Origin: Candidatus Nanoarchaeia archaeon
Lineage (GTDB): Archaea; Nanobdellota; Nanobdellia; Woesearchaeales; WJIZ01
Length of the DNA stretch: 64,000 nucleotides
Direction: 5' to 3'
NCBI GenBank assembly: GCA_028279765.1
Contig: JANQND010000022.1
Coordinates: forward strand, 26,149-90,148
This document shows positions 30,901 to 36,786 of the stretch, piece by piece. Position 1 is the first letter of the stretch; each line of letters opens with the position of its first letter. The translations under genes were made by a program, and so were the position numbers. A model generated the notes under the pieces. It was not told where the DNA came from. It saw only the letters and a program-made list of their open reading frames with translations, and made no database searches.

Positions 30901-31618
30901 CAAGGCTGTCTTCTACATCAGCATCGGTTGCGTTAATCGTGATATTCCAAAGGATATTTCGGGGAAGGGTGTAATTGGAGCCAATAGTAATAACAGGAGC
31001 AGATTTGGCATTGCAGCCCTTAGTAATCTTTAAGCTAAGAATATCTGTTGAAACATTATTATTGCATCCGCTTCCATCATCAACACTGATGTTAAAATGG
31101 CTTGTTCCTAATGCAGTGATATTCGGAGTGAAGTTAATAACTCCTTCTGATACCGTAATGTTGAACAGTGTTGCATTATCACTAAAGGTAAATATCGTCC
31201 CAAGGTTGTTATCACTTACCGTCACATTGCAATAGTATTCATCAGTCACGTTTACAGTAGTAAGGCAGGATGATAGATTTACCTGAGGAGGATCATTTAC
31301 GCAAAGCGAAGTAACTCCGGTAACGACAAAATTTCCTGTCACAAGATCAGGTCCGCCTGCTGAATTCGCAGAGGTAAGTAAGTAGAGGTTGACGCCAACT
31401 GAAAAGAGTACAAAAAGGAGTACCAAAGCAGCAAGAGAGTTATTAGAAACTGTCTTTCTCTTCTCAGAGAAAGAAAGATAGTCACGAATAATAGACTGGA
31501 CCCGAAGAGGAGTATATCCTTCGCGCAGAAGAGACTCTTCGATAGCCTGAAGAGAATACCCTTTAGCACGACAATGAGCCACGTATTTTCTCAGTCCGAA
31601 TCTACCTTTCTCTTCCAT
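21917..31618 (-). CDS. giant polytopic surface protein (3233 aa) with four TM segments and two ectodomains
   Basis: 9.7 kb uninterrupted ORF. N-terminal about 60-aa cytoplasmic domain. TM1 (about 31370–31430). Ectodomain 1 of about 490 aa with Ig-like repeats, a (Gly)12 tract and an EGF-like Cys-rich block. TM2 (about 29840–29900). Roughly 210-aa basic cytoplasmic loop. TM3 (about 29160–29220). Ectodomain 2 of about 2380 aa with coiled coil, the shared SDVHYTNIL module and Ig/cadherin-like repeats. C-terminal TM plus RRRG (21917–22000). Dense N-x-S/T sequons. Confidence 0.8.
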   Translation of the reverse strand: MEEKGRFGLRKYVAHCRAKGYSLQAIEESLLREGYTPLRVQSIIRDYLSFSEKRKTVSNNSLAALVLLFVLFSVGVNLYLLTSANSAGGPDLVTGNFVVTGVTSLCVNDPPQVNLSSCLTTVNVTDEYYCNVTVSDNNLGTIFTFSDNATLFNITVSEGVINFTPNITALGTSHFNISVDDGSGCNNNVSTDILSLKITKGCNAKSAPVITIGSNYTLPRNILWNITINATDADVEDSLVFSVVEENYTSFSSFESFMQFDSSTGALNITPSIVHIGDHILNITVNDTSNCTADHTSVLVNITVVANNTAPEYTGNPDSLDASWNEDTTIIAYNLDGYFNDSDGDCLQYTVSHLTASPQITVTVDNNINPLGINCPASHFVTLSSAANWFGVETVCYQANDTIDSSKIVCANYTVTNVPETVTIPSTAGGGGGGGGGGGGAAKLLRCEEKWHCSRWSACGSGSAARNCTDINRCGTTKFQPNLTRSCEFIEHCSDGIQNFGEQGVDCGAGCPNECVTCFDSVLNCHAQDDGSELCEEGIDCGGPCRPCNLGEYIEQVQVEQLTPQSEEGLSLWRIVLAILIILLALFLFLRRRKHKRKPEGEKPRHSHLKELLRTLNGISFVHALFDRMKNAPGALKNMLLKPSGKSRTLITRASEDVIARLNDIILKAPKENRNTLTKQLSALMRGWYKKRFDRQFTLAYEGTTSSEKRKEDFVRHRVEPFFDRLIDIEYSAKAISAADLKKVAQEAISLIEFTIRKKTSAVAVDSVYQANKKSSKQASQKTALSKKKKPSKGNRNRTALVLLLMISLFGSMYLFTNPAITGSVIFEDSGGVVFGDTSLMLDTTFDDSGQVDLGISGSLDSLTLSGALSRDAKIRVYAGSAQERVLVLDSSLVAPRNYTLIRESQDITFSENKKAIDMVLRYHGGTPWDPDNNGIVSTQGVVDFSVSDTRFSWDRDVGNLCTLWTVSHDSGNEYSCYGSTSCCGLVELRPERDQWDDTFYLNREKEGAGEQNVVSAKVISANYSLDPLNPYSEIIESEAERLSAIFQPEMVPFTDICVESCSLPSFSAGTLMIDVTSGSILLSNATYKRSSLISNSAPQLSTIETIVMNANSSYSFDLGLYATDADNDDLYYHAYDAQGVSLTIEDSLVTISADPGFEGSAYTFFIVNDSKQSTVSDIVEILVAANVSDSAAIPNTNRSDDATILSAVSEELSTDSSADSFAPASPVEIGKPVLWKRSLVATDSEDNVEVGLPAEAFNVSVYTINGGQKQEVSPSNLAVITDDVQKNFTEFAQETTSKHLNQQIKRKLKQKTNDPEDVALLSELKVMYEQKQDILADQLIGETGQKKKESAQKQITILTAQISKLDQRITLLEEKEKTETKKSSGKASKGLSSHRSSAQPVLYPDTTLDSVSTSIEEIEESALVKALESEELISSETETRLLINESAQEIEVHYTTEAPLSEEENISDSRKKIVISSDVHYTNILAYTAIDEKPLDAITLYHIINDTRLQVSFEGIDENSNGLIDSIKWIVPHLSNQTYEVDITVLNVQSYPTVGGNWTVEFTTLGRANLTLSAIADTNYGNALPDDLVPLSLMCGDDTLSYVWDGGKSASYEGYECNDTGYWTVQVLTPGIHNQQFTFGNTTAYANNYASYNTTEGNISIWDSTDSGTWYSTNEIIFYANYTNSTAIANGTCEISFNFTGSFQDTENMSYHGGSVPWNFSRKIPYKGVSYFNVLCTNATMPTLNATDSIIINNSAPVFNKTEGKLPSVACIEDIPCSYNISQYANDSNINDVLSYDYTAGSISNLTSHSDCSNCWSFDFTNGNLTVYVTTSDHAIEGPWSPQLTVKDSDNAPDSATLDISMTAVNDVPVFTQPSGNTITDATTETLYTYQLTATDEEDSSLSIFNYSILSCTRPYDPGNCTGLTLIMNLTTGLINFTPVNDDTGNYTLNISTTDSNSGVGWKLVNFTVNDINNPPVFDYVCDSSRSALEDIAFSCTINATDQENNTLTFSTNVSWFNLTTVSSKEVLANFTAENQHVGNHTINLTVSDGSFSVNTYFNFTVNNTNDVPGLFNISNQIAIVGLLYSYNVTGFDDDFNQPGNSFHNNSENLTFGTNSTFFSAVKVNETASLISFTAAEGEKGNYTILMNVTDRSATRSNVTFVLTIRNNTAPVFDYVCDDNTTIQENQTHRCHVNATDLERDSFTFSVNTSWFIVNSTSGNVSFVANDTEVGNHTLNFTVTDQYGLSSSRLVNFTVNNTPEHPTLNIGNLTAPESSLFSHNLTKNVSDEDSLTPLGEAFYFTLNNTFSGRLILNATSGMINFTPINDDVGVFHMNITVNDSDGLYDEIIVNFTVLNVNQLPTIHYWCQDNATAVEDQPYTCQINATDPDAGDIVTITAEVLGGGNWFLVNSSGFVSFTPTNAQVGNHSINITASDGYDNTSRILNFTVNNTNDAPILGLIGNLLLTEDTPFNLTINATDNDTLTPDNDTLTFATNSSFFVINASSGFFTFTPNASDVGNYSITFNVTDSAGVSDNETINLTIDFFNDAPVLTPIPNLIADEGSFFSYDANATDEEDAQSLLRFRTNASADIFVINDSTGYFNFTPNSTFIGVHVINLTVNDTMGKETTQLFNLTIRAFNTAPNITQIRPYGTPVSTSTVFAFANRSDFPMNTTSITLAENTSILFNHTSTDANGDSINTSWYKDGTLLTNSKTSNYTYELGFLEAGAHNLTLVVSDGRGLNDTFVWNITVNNTNRAPVFGTIHHDQHSEFSSGTDNSTNTTTGGILLASGTGSYATYGEFVSAAIDIGPLFNSFYSPIGFTTISWSAITPNGTNASMQTRTSQNGNNWNNWSTVALNRSYLNSSGEQIVSENATYIQYKIILETNDTSITPNVSSIKIHYILPDLSLSQGTTNQNWIDLDDYFSDLDTDDTVVFTAAGNSNVIITLNNDSHVVGVEAPTDWFGTETIYFIANDSHDTTTSNNLSVTVEQADQTSSVEFIFVSTTKTSFKTRTRTVTEPRYLELISPAHLTTFDNDTVVAPIVLKNNAEVILTGIDLQATTNSDKVKTWFSENSISSLGPGQSEELMLFMQWQGTIGEFDVIVNATSRDPDYTDSSIISVTGIARIENNRSIEENQIEFVRDLLNNNPECLELTELLSEAEASFDQGNLEESRNLINFVIEGCRYLVTNPREIEQPVPIEQREGDLFKLVSGVLLLLLFIALVVIVSLIVRRRG
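30299..30334 (-). repeat. in-frame (GGY)12 trinucleotide tract encoding Gly12 in giant protein
   Basis: Plus strand reads gccaccgccaccgccgccaccgccaccaccgcctcc; it translates on the minus strand to GGGGGGGGGGGG immediately before the Cys-rich block. Confidence 0.85.
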
Positions 31619-31781
31619 GCGCCTCCTTCTCTTTGCTAATATTTTCTATAACGACGTTCTTTTGCCCGGGAATTTTAGAAATCAGAATGGTATCGCCGTT
31701 CTCCCAGCCCAGAGCCTCAACCAGTTCCTTAGGGATATTAATAGAACACTGAGAATTAGATTTAATACAGACTTTGGGCAT
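31602..31781 (-). CDS. AbrB/SpoVT (swapped-hairpin) family small DNA-binding protein, 59 aa, not in ORF track
   Basis: I translated it as MPKVCIKSNSQCSINIPKELVEALGWENGDTILISKIPGQKNVVIENISKEKEAHGRER. S..GQ.sI.IPKEl.e.LGw..GD.i core of the SpoVT_AbrB domain. Its 3' end overlaps the ATG of the 3233-aa giant gene by 17 nt. Confidence 0.6.
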   Translation of the reverse strand: MPKVCIKSNSQCSINIPKELVEALGWENGDTILISKIPGQKNVVIENISKEKEAHGRER

Positions 31782-31783
31782 TT

Positions 31784-31834
31784 TAACGTTATTCTAACGT
31801 TAGCTTATATAAATGTTTTTAAAAAATAACGTTA
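31784..31834 (-). promoter_or_regulatory. promoter/operator region: TATA-like box (31805–31814) flanked by three TAACGTTA palindromes (31784–31791, 31795–31802, 31827–31834)
   Basis: The 8-bp perfect palindrome TAACGTTA occurs three times within 51 bp, with spacings of 11 and 32 bp (1 and 3 helical turns), bracketing TTATATAAAT. This sits about 25 nt upstream of the AbrB-like ATG, consistent with an archaeal leaderless promoter with operator sites. Confidence 0.45.
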
Positions 31835-31960
31835 TTCATAGCTATTTAAAGGAAATTTCTATCAGAGCCCCGCTCTGTGCACAAATAAAGAGATAAAAAG
31901 AGAAAAAAGATGTACAGAATAATTACCATATAGAAAAATAATAAGAAATAAAATAAATCC

Positions 31961-31999
<39 letters not shown>

Positions 32000-32000
32000 T

Positions 32001-32825
32001 TCAGTAAATTTCAGAATGATCCAGCCTTCCTCCCTGCCGATCATAGGCAATAAGGCGAGTATGCTCAGAGACTTTGGGGACAATAAACAGAAGCGATGCA
32101 CCGGTTGTGCGGCCCTTTTCGATAATCGTATAGTCGAGCCAGTCACGGAGAAGGTCTGAATCGTACTCGACATTGTAGAGACGGCCGGTTTCATCCTCAA
32201 GGCGCATCTTGAAAGGATCGTAATAGAAGCCTTGCTCTTGTTTGTAGTCCAGTATTTCAGGTTTATCAATGCCTAGGTTCTTGATCTTAAACCGAACAAT
32301 CAAGTATGTATGGTCAGTATCAGACAAATCAATGTCGACATTAGGTATGCGGTTCCTTTTTTCATACTCAGTTACCTTGATCTCTAATTGTTGTTCACAA
32401 TCTAAGGCACAGGAAAAGAAATTTTCTCCGCCGCTACAGAGATTATCACCACAGCACGGAAGAATAGGATCAGAAAGGCATCGCCCCAGCTGAAAATTGT
32501 AATAATCTTCAGTACAGGCATCACCATCGTTGCACTCCTGCGGACAGTCCTCTGACCAGGGAAATTCTCCTTCTTCGCACACTCCATTCCCATCACAGGG
32601 AGAAATCTCTTTATGAAGACAGGCATAGCCCGTCGTTCTGCTGCAGGTATCCAAAGTGCAGGCATCTCCATCATCACAGCTCTCAGGACAGGAAGGTGTT
32701 TGAATAGGGCAGTTTTCAAGATCAATCACTTTAGTAACGCCGTCAGGGCAAAGAAGAAATTCTTCCTGAACGCATCCGTACAGTATCAGGAGACCTAAAA
32801 TAAAGATGAGATTCCTCTTTTTCAT
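32001..32825 (-). CDS. secreted Cys-rich lipoprotein-like protein with C-terminal beta-sandwich domain
   Basis: Signal plus lipobox-like MKKRNLIFILGLLILYGC. About 115-aa region with 24 Cys in EGF/defensin-like spacing (CPESCDDGDACTLDTC…CNDGDACTEDYY…). C-terminal about 130-aa domain (DUF4352-like). Confidence 0.65.
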   Translation of the reverse strand: MKKRNLIFILGLLILYGCVQEEFLLCPDGVTKVIDLENCPIQTPSCPESCDDGDACTLDTCSRTTGYACLHKEISPCDGNGVCEEGEFPWSEDCPQECNDGDACTEDYYNFQLGRCLSDPILPCCGDNLCSGGENFFSCALDCEQQLEIKVTEYEKRNRIPNVDIDLSDTDHTYLIVRFKIKNLGIDKPEILDYKQEQGFYYDPFKMRLEDETGRLYNVEYDSDLLRDWLDYTIIEKGRTTGASLLFIVPKVSEHTRLIAYDRQGGRLDHSEIY

Positions 32826-32895
32826 AAAGAATTATACGAAATACAGAATTATTTAAAACTAATGTTTTGAGTATGCAACGAAACACGATGCAGAA

Positions 32896-34197
32896 TTATT
32901 TTCCTGATAATCGTTTATGCACTGTTTTCCTTAGGGAAGTAGAAGAAAGTTCATAAGGCTTCTTGCGATGAACAGCGATATACCATAAAAAATTAACAAC
33001 AAAAAGAACTGCAAGCGCTATTAGCCCGATAAGCATAGCATTATCACGAGCAGAAGAAGGATGTTCGGCGTCTCCGGTAAGCTGAACTTGTACATGCTTT
33101 TGTTCAAGCTTGTCAAAATAGTGTACAACAATATCAATATCATAATTTCCCGCCAAAAGGCCATTTTTCTCCCAGAATGCAGTAAGCCTTCCTTTCCCCC
33201 ACGGTTCAAGGTCAAGAGCGCTTGTCTTAAGAGTATCAACTATCACTCCATTTTTTCTGATTACCAGCTCCGCATAGACCTGATCAAGAATATCGTTCCA
33301 GCTACTCTGAACATCAATGAAAATCTTAGCTACCGGTCCGCTCAAATCTGCTTCCACGTTCAATATTTCAATATCAATATCTCCCAGGCGCAGTTGAGAA
33401 CTGGTGTAGGCAGGCTCCGTACCTCCGTAATCTGTAGAAGCACTAACATGATATACTCCTGGCCTTAGATTATGTGTTTTCCATTGAGCAGAAAGTTCTT
33501 TGCGTTCAGCCGGGCGGAGCAAAGACAGTCGCTCGGATTGTAGCTCAGCAACCGGATTTCCGTCTGGATCCTTAATAGAAATATCCGCCTGCAAGCCGAG
33601 TAAGTCCTCTGTTCCGAAATTATGAGTATCAACAAGAATATCAATTTCCTCTCCTATCGTCGCAGTTTTGGGATCCAGTGACAATGCTGTTTCAAGGAAT
33701 TTTCCGGTATTAGGAACACGTACCTTAACAACAAATCCGATTGCTGCAAAGGCAGTAGCAATACTGGGATAATTTCGCTTCTCTTCCGCTGTGAGGTACT
33801 GTTCAATCACAATCATTGCGCGATGATCTCCCGGAGGAAGGTCTGAGGGAATGTCAACACGAAAAGGAACCGCGGTAGGATCTTTCATGTAAGTGCGGTA
33901 TTCCTTCATACCATTGATGAGAATAGAGTCCTTTAACTTCCCCGTGGAATACATCCTGACGTTTTTTGATTCGCGCGGTAAAACAGTAAATTCTCCTTCC
34001 TCAAAATCCTGTCCGATATACACAACAGGAAAGCTCGGAGGGGTTACTCCCATGCCGGTTGAATAAACAACAGCAGGGCACACAAATAACAGCATAGCAA
34101 GGAGTAGGAATGTCCTATAACATCTACATCTCCTATCACGACTCCCCTGCATTCGCTGTACATACCCAGCCAGGTTTTTCAATATCGTTCGTATCAT
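32896..34197 (-). CDS. membrane-anchored multi-beta-sandwich surface protein (COG1470-like), paralog A
   Basis: N-terminal signal/TM (FLLLAMLLFVCPAVVYS). Several beta-rich domains. C-terminal TM plus basic tail (LIGLIALAVLFVVNFLWYIAVHRKK). Segments NYDIDIVVHYF and WNDILDQVYAELVI match paralog B at 35545–36786. The probable true start is the internal Met at about 34152. Confidence 0.65.
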   Translation of the reverse strand: MIRTILKNLAGYVQRMQGSRDRRCRCYRTFLLLAMLLFVCPAVVYSTGMGVTPPSFPVVYIGQDFEEGEFTVLPRESKNVRMYSTGKLKDSILINGMKEYRTYMKDPTAVPFRVDIPSDLPPGDHRAMIVIEQYLTAEEKRNYPSIATAFAAIGFVVKVRVPNTGKFLETALSLDPKTATIGEEIDILVDTHNFGTEDLLGLQADISIKDPDGNPVAELQSERLSLLRPAERKELSAQWKTHNLRPGVYHVSASTDYGGTEPAYTSSQLRLGDIDIEILNVEADLSGPVAKIFIDVQSSWNDILDQVYAELVIRKNGVIVDTLKTSALDLEPWGKGRLTAFWEKNGLLAGNYDIDIVVHYFDKLEQKHVQVQLTGDAEHPSSARDNAMLIGLIALAVLFVVNFLWYIAVHRKKPYELSSTSLRKTVHKRLSGK

Positions 34198-34212
34198 AAA
34201 TAGGTAACCTCG

Positions 34213-34890
34213 CTAACAGCTCGCATCGCTACATGCTGCAAAAAAAGTTACTGCCTGCTGCTTTGTTCCGGGGCCCTCTGAGAGGGGAACAGTAACGTTC
34301 ACGCCAAATGACGCGTTATCCTGTCCATCCGTATGTAATAAGTCTATAGCAAGCTGTCCTCCTCCCTGTCCAGTCCATAAGGGATAATAAGTACTATTAC
34401 AGTCAAACCCTGTCTGTGTTGAATTGCACTTCACCATAAAACAAGTATGCTCATTAGTTGCCCAGGCATCAAGACATCCACCGCTCGAATCATTAGTACT
34501 AAAAGGGCCTATACCCCGTTCATTTGCCGTCTGGTTTCCTCCAGGCTGAGTGCCATAAATTTCTAAACTAATATTTACTCCACCATTATTATTCACGCGC
34601 CACCAATCATCAACACCCTCATCATCACTATAATTAGTCTGGCCCGTAGTTAGCGTACCAAGTTCAATAGCACTTGAGTTCAAATCCCCTGTTACTTCAG
34701 AGAGAGTAATGGATGCTGCATTAGTCACGGTTAGGTTCGCTCTGCCTACCTGCGAAGTCGCAAATCCGGTAATGCTGGCAATCCCGTCAGGAAAACTAAA
34801 TCCGTTAACGCTTGCAAAAGCCCCTATTGAAGTAAGAGCCATCGAAATAGCAACAATAACAATCAGGGTAGTATCAGATATTTCGGCCAT
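34213..34890 (-). CDS. secreted/anchored Gly-Asn-Thr-rich protein with 6 Cys
   Basis: 225 aa. N-terminal hydrophobic anchor (TTLIVIVAISMALTSIGAFA). Low-complexity G/N/T-rich body. C-terminal Cys pairs. 15-nt gap to the next gene, so an operon context. Confidence 0.5.
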   Translation of the reverse strand: MAEISDTTLIVIVAISMALTSIGAFASVNGFSFPDGIASITGFATSQVGRANLTVTNAASITLSEVTGDLNSSAIELGTLTTGQTNYSDDEGVDDWWRVNNNGGVNISLEIYGTQPGGNQTANERGIGPFSTNDSSGGCLDAWATNEHTCFMVKCNSTQTGFDCNSTYYPLWTGQGGGQLAIDLLHTDGQDNASFGVNVTVPLSEGPGTKQQAVTFFAACSDASC

Positions 34891-34943
34891 ATTACTTCAT
34901 TTCCTTATCGTCGACATATTTTATAAACATTTCGAAGCTCATT

Positions 34944-35597
34944 TTATTTCTGCTTCCTCTTCTTCTTTGCTCTGCTCACCACTGTCCAGATTGTTCGGTC
35001 ATCCTTGCCTATCAGCCGGGCAATCTCCCGATTACTCATTTCGTGCTCCTCTCTGAGATAAATACACAAGTGCTCTAAAATACTCAAGGACCGATCAGCA
35101 AAAACGCTAAGGGGGACAAGTAATTGATTCTCTGCAAGCCTGCCAAACTGAGCTTTGAATTGTGCAGGGCTAATTTTTTGCTGCGCGTTGTGCAGTGTAG
35201 TCCAGATAGTAGTGGGATCCCTATCCAGAAGAGCAGATATTTGTTGCTGGCTCAAAAGGAATTTTGTGTAGATATAGAGAACAAGTGCTTCAAGAGGGCT
35301 CAGGGAAGTATTAAATAGCCCAACAGGGACACTCACATATTTCTCCCGTTGATGCAGGAAGGTAAAAAGCTCCCTAATGCCAAGATCAGAAGCAGAAGAT
35401 AAAGAAGAGAAGAGGTTCTCTAATCTATTCAGCCGTTCCTGTTCCTCTACATATACCTTTCCCAGGCGCTTTCTCTTTTCCTCTTCAACAATGTGCATCA
35501 TGAAAACAGCGTATTCCTCCTTATTCCAAGATAAACTACTAGAGTCACTTTGTACTGCCTCCTCTCTTCGAGCGGACAAAATAAATGAACCATCCAA
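34944..35597 (-). CDS. transcriptional regulator with two tandem sigma-70 region-4/LuxR-like HTH segments
   Basis: Two repeated units: LEALVLYIYTKFLLSQQQISALLDRDPTTIWTTLHNAQQK and LSILEHLCIYLREEHEMSNREIARLIGKDDRTIWTVVSRAKKK, followed by a basic KKRKQK tail. The true start is probably the internal Met (MMHIVEEE, about 35501), which avoids overlap with the upstream gene. Confidence 0.55.
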   Translation of the reverse strand: MDGSFILSARREEAVQSDSSSLSWNKEEYAVFMMHIVEEEKRKRLGKVYVEEQERLNRLENLFSSLSSASDLGIRELFTFLHQREKYVSVPVGLFNTSLSPLEALVLYIYTKFLLSQQQISALLDRDPTTIWTTLHNAQQKISPAQFKAQFGRLAENQLLVPLSVFADRSLSILEHLCIYLREEHEMSNREIARLIGKDDRTIWTVVSRAKKKRKQK

Positions 35598-36786
35598 GGT
35601 TGATGAGAATCAATACCGCAACTAAGACCGTAAGAACAGACTCTCTCCCGGTTGTCGGGCTGGCAACTACCTGTGCTGTTATACCCAGGTCTGTTCTGAT
35701 AGAGCCAATGTTAACTTCTGCCTGCACTATTTTCTCGGTCACGCGCTGTGCATAATGAATAAGCAGGCGAATATCATAATTGCCGACAAGGATACCTTCC
35801 GTGTCCCAGTACGCCTTCAGTACTCCAAGACCCATAGCAGGAATTGATGTTGTTGCAGTCTTAAACCGGGTATACTCAGTACCCTGCGCATCAGTGATAA
35901 TCATCTCACCATACACATCATCAATTTGCTCGTTCCACTTGCTCTCTAAAAAGATATCAAAAGCAGCAACATCCCCTAAGGTAAAGTCTTTCACATCAAT
36001 GCGCTTGATATCAATATAGAGGTCTCCGACAGTAACATCATCTTCAACGACAAGGCGCTTATCATCATAGATAATCTCTGCTACGACATGATATTTTCCC
36101 GGATTTACCTGCGCAGGCCAGCTTGCCGTAAGCTTTTTCTGCTGTTTGCTCGGGATGCTCACCTCATTAGTCTCAATTACGGCAATCTCCTCATAAGTAG
36201 CTCCAAGAATTTTGATTCTGGCATGGGCTTTAGCAATATCCTGTGAGCCAAAATTCATAACGGAAATAGCAAACTGGACAGGCTCTCCGGGATTCTTTGC
36301 GTCAGAATAAAGCTGTGCTTCTGCATACTTTCCGGGATACAGTACCCTCACCCACAGTTCCGTAACAACCGATGCTGTCGCACTAACAATAGTCCCGTCA
36401 TCAGTACCGAAGCTTGAAGGATATTCGGTTACTACCAGCTCACTCTTATGCACACCGGGCCTCTCAAAGCTCTCCGGAAGCGTCAGCTTATACCGGGCAA
36501 TCTTGCTTTCTTCTCCCTGAGAAATCGAGACCAGAGAGTCCTGAATGCCAATATATTCCGAGAGTTCTCCGCGTGCATAAACCAAAGCACGGATATCAGA
36601 TTCTGCACTGCTTCTGATTTTAAGTTCAAGATCATACTCTCCGTTGGGTTCAAAATCAACAACCTTACGGATAGGAGAAACACCGATCGCACTAACCGTA
36701 GCGCTAAGTAAAAAAAGCACCGCAATCCAGAGCAGTGCGCTCTTAGCTACATCATAGTTACGATGCATTGTAATACCTCGCTTCAA
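35545..36786 (-). CDS. membrane-anchored multi-beta-sandwich surface protein (COG1470-like), paralog B
   Basis: Signal (LLWIAVLFLLSATVSA). Beta-rich body. C-terminal TM plus basic tail (VLVAVLILINLGWFIYFVRSKRGG). Its start overlaps the stop of the giant ORF by 11–29 nt. Collinear similarity to paralog A (NYDIRLLIHYA vs NYDIDIVVHYF). Confidence 0.65.
   Translation of the reverse strand: MKRGITMHRNYDVAKSALLWIAVLFLLSATVSAIGVSPIRKVVDFEPNGEYDLELKIRSSAESDIRALVYARGELSEYIGIQDSLVSISQGEESKIARYKLTLPESFERPGVHKSELVVTEYPSSFGTDDGTIVSATASVVTELWVRVLYPGKYAEAQLYSDAKNPGEPVQFAISVMNFGSQDIAKAHARIKILGATYEEIAVIETNEVSIPSKQQKKLTASWPAQVNPGKYHVVAEIIYDDKRLVVEDDVTVGDLYIDIKRIDVKDFTLGDVAAFDIFLESKWNEQIDDVYGEMIITDAQGTEYTRFKTATTSIPAMGLGVLKAYWDTEGILVGNYDIRLLIHYAQRVTEKIVQAEVNIGSIRTDLGITAQVVASPTTGRESVLTVLVAVLILINLGWFIYFVRSKRGGSTK

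Noticed and set aside
22092-31235. Dozens of 60–170-aa plus-strand ORFs inside the 3233-aa gene region (e.g. 22335–22646, 22922–23416, 23511–23921, 26267–26617)
   Set aside because: They are antisense to a 9.7-kb uninterrupted frame with coherent domain structure and have no motifs. They are a by-product of the sense strand's codon bias.
34213-34890. Possible archaeal class III (pilin-like) signal peptide on the 225-aa protein
   Set aside because: The N-terminus lacks the basic residues and G/A-Q cleavage motif typical of archaeal type IV pilins, so I only call it a hydrophobic anchor or signal.
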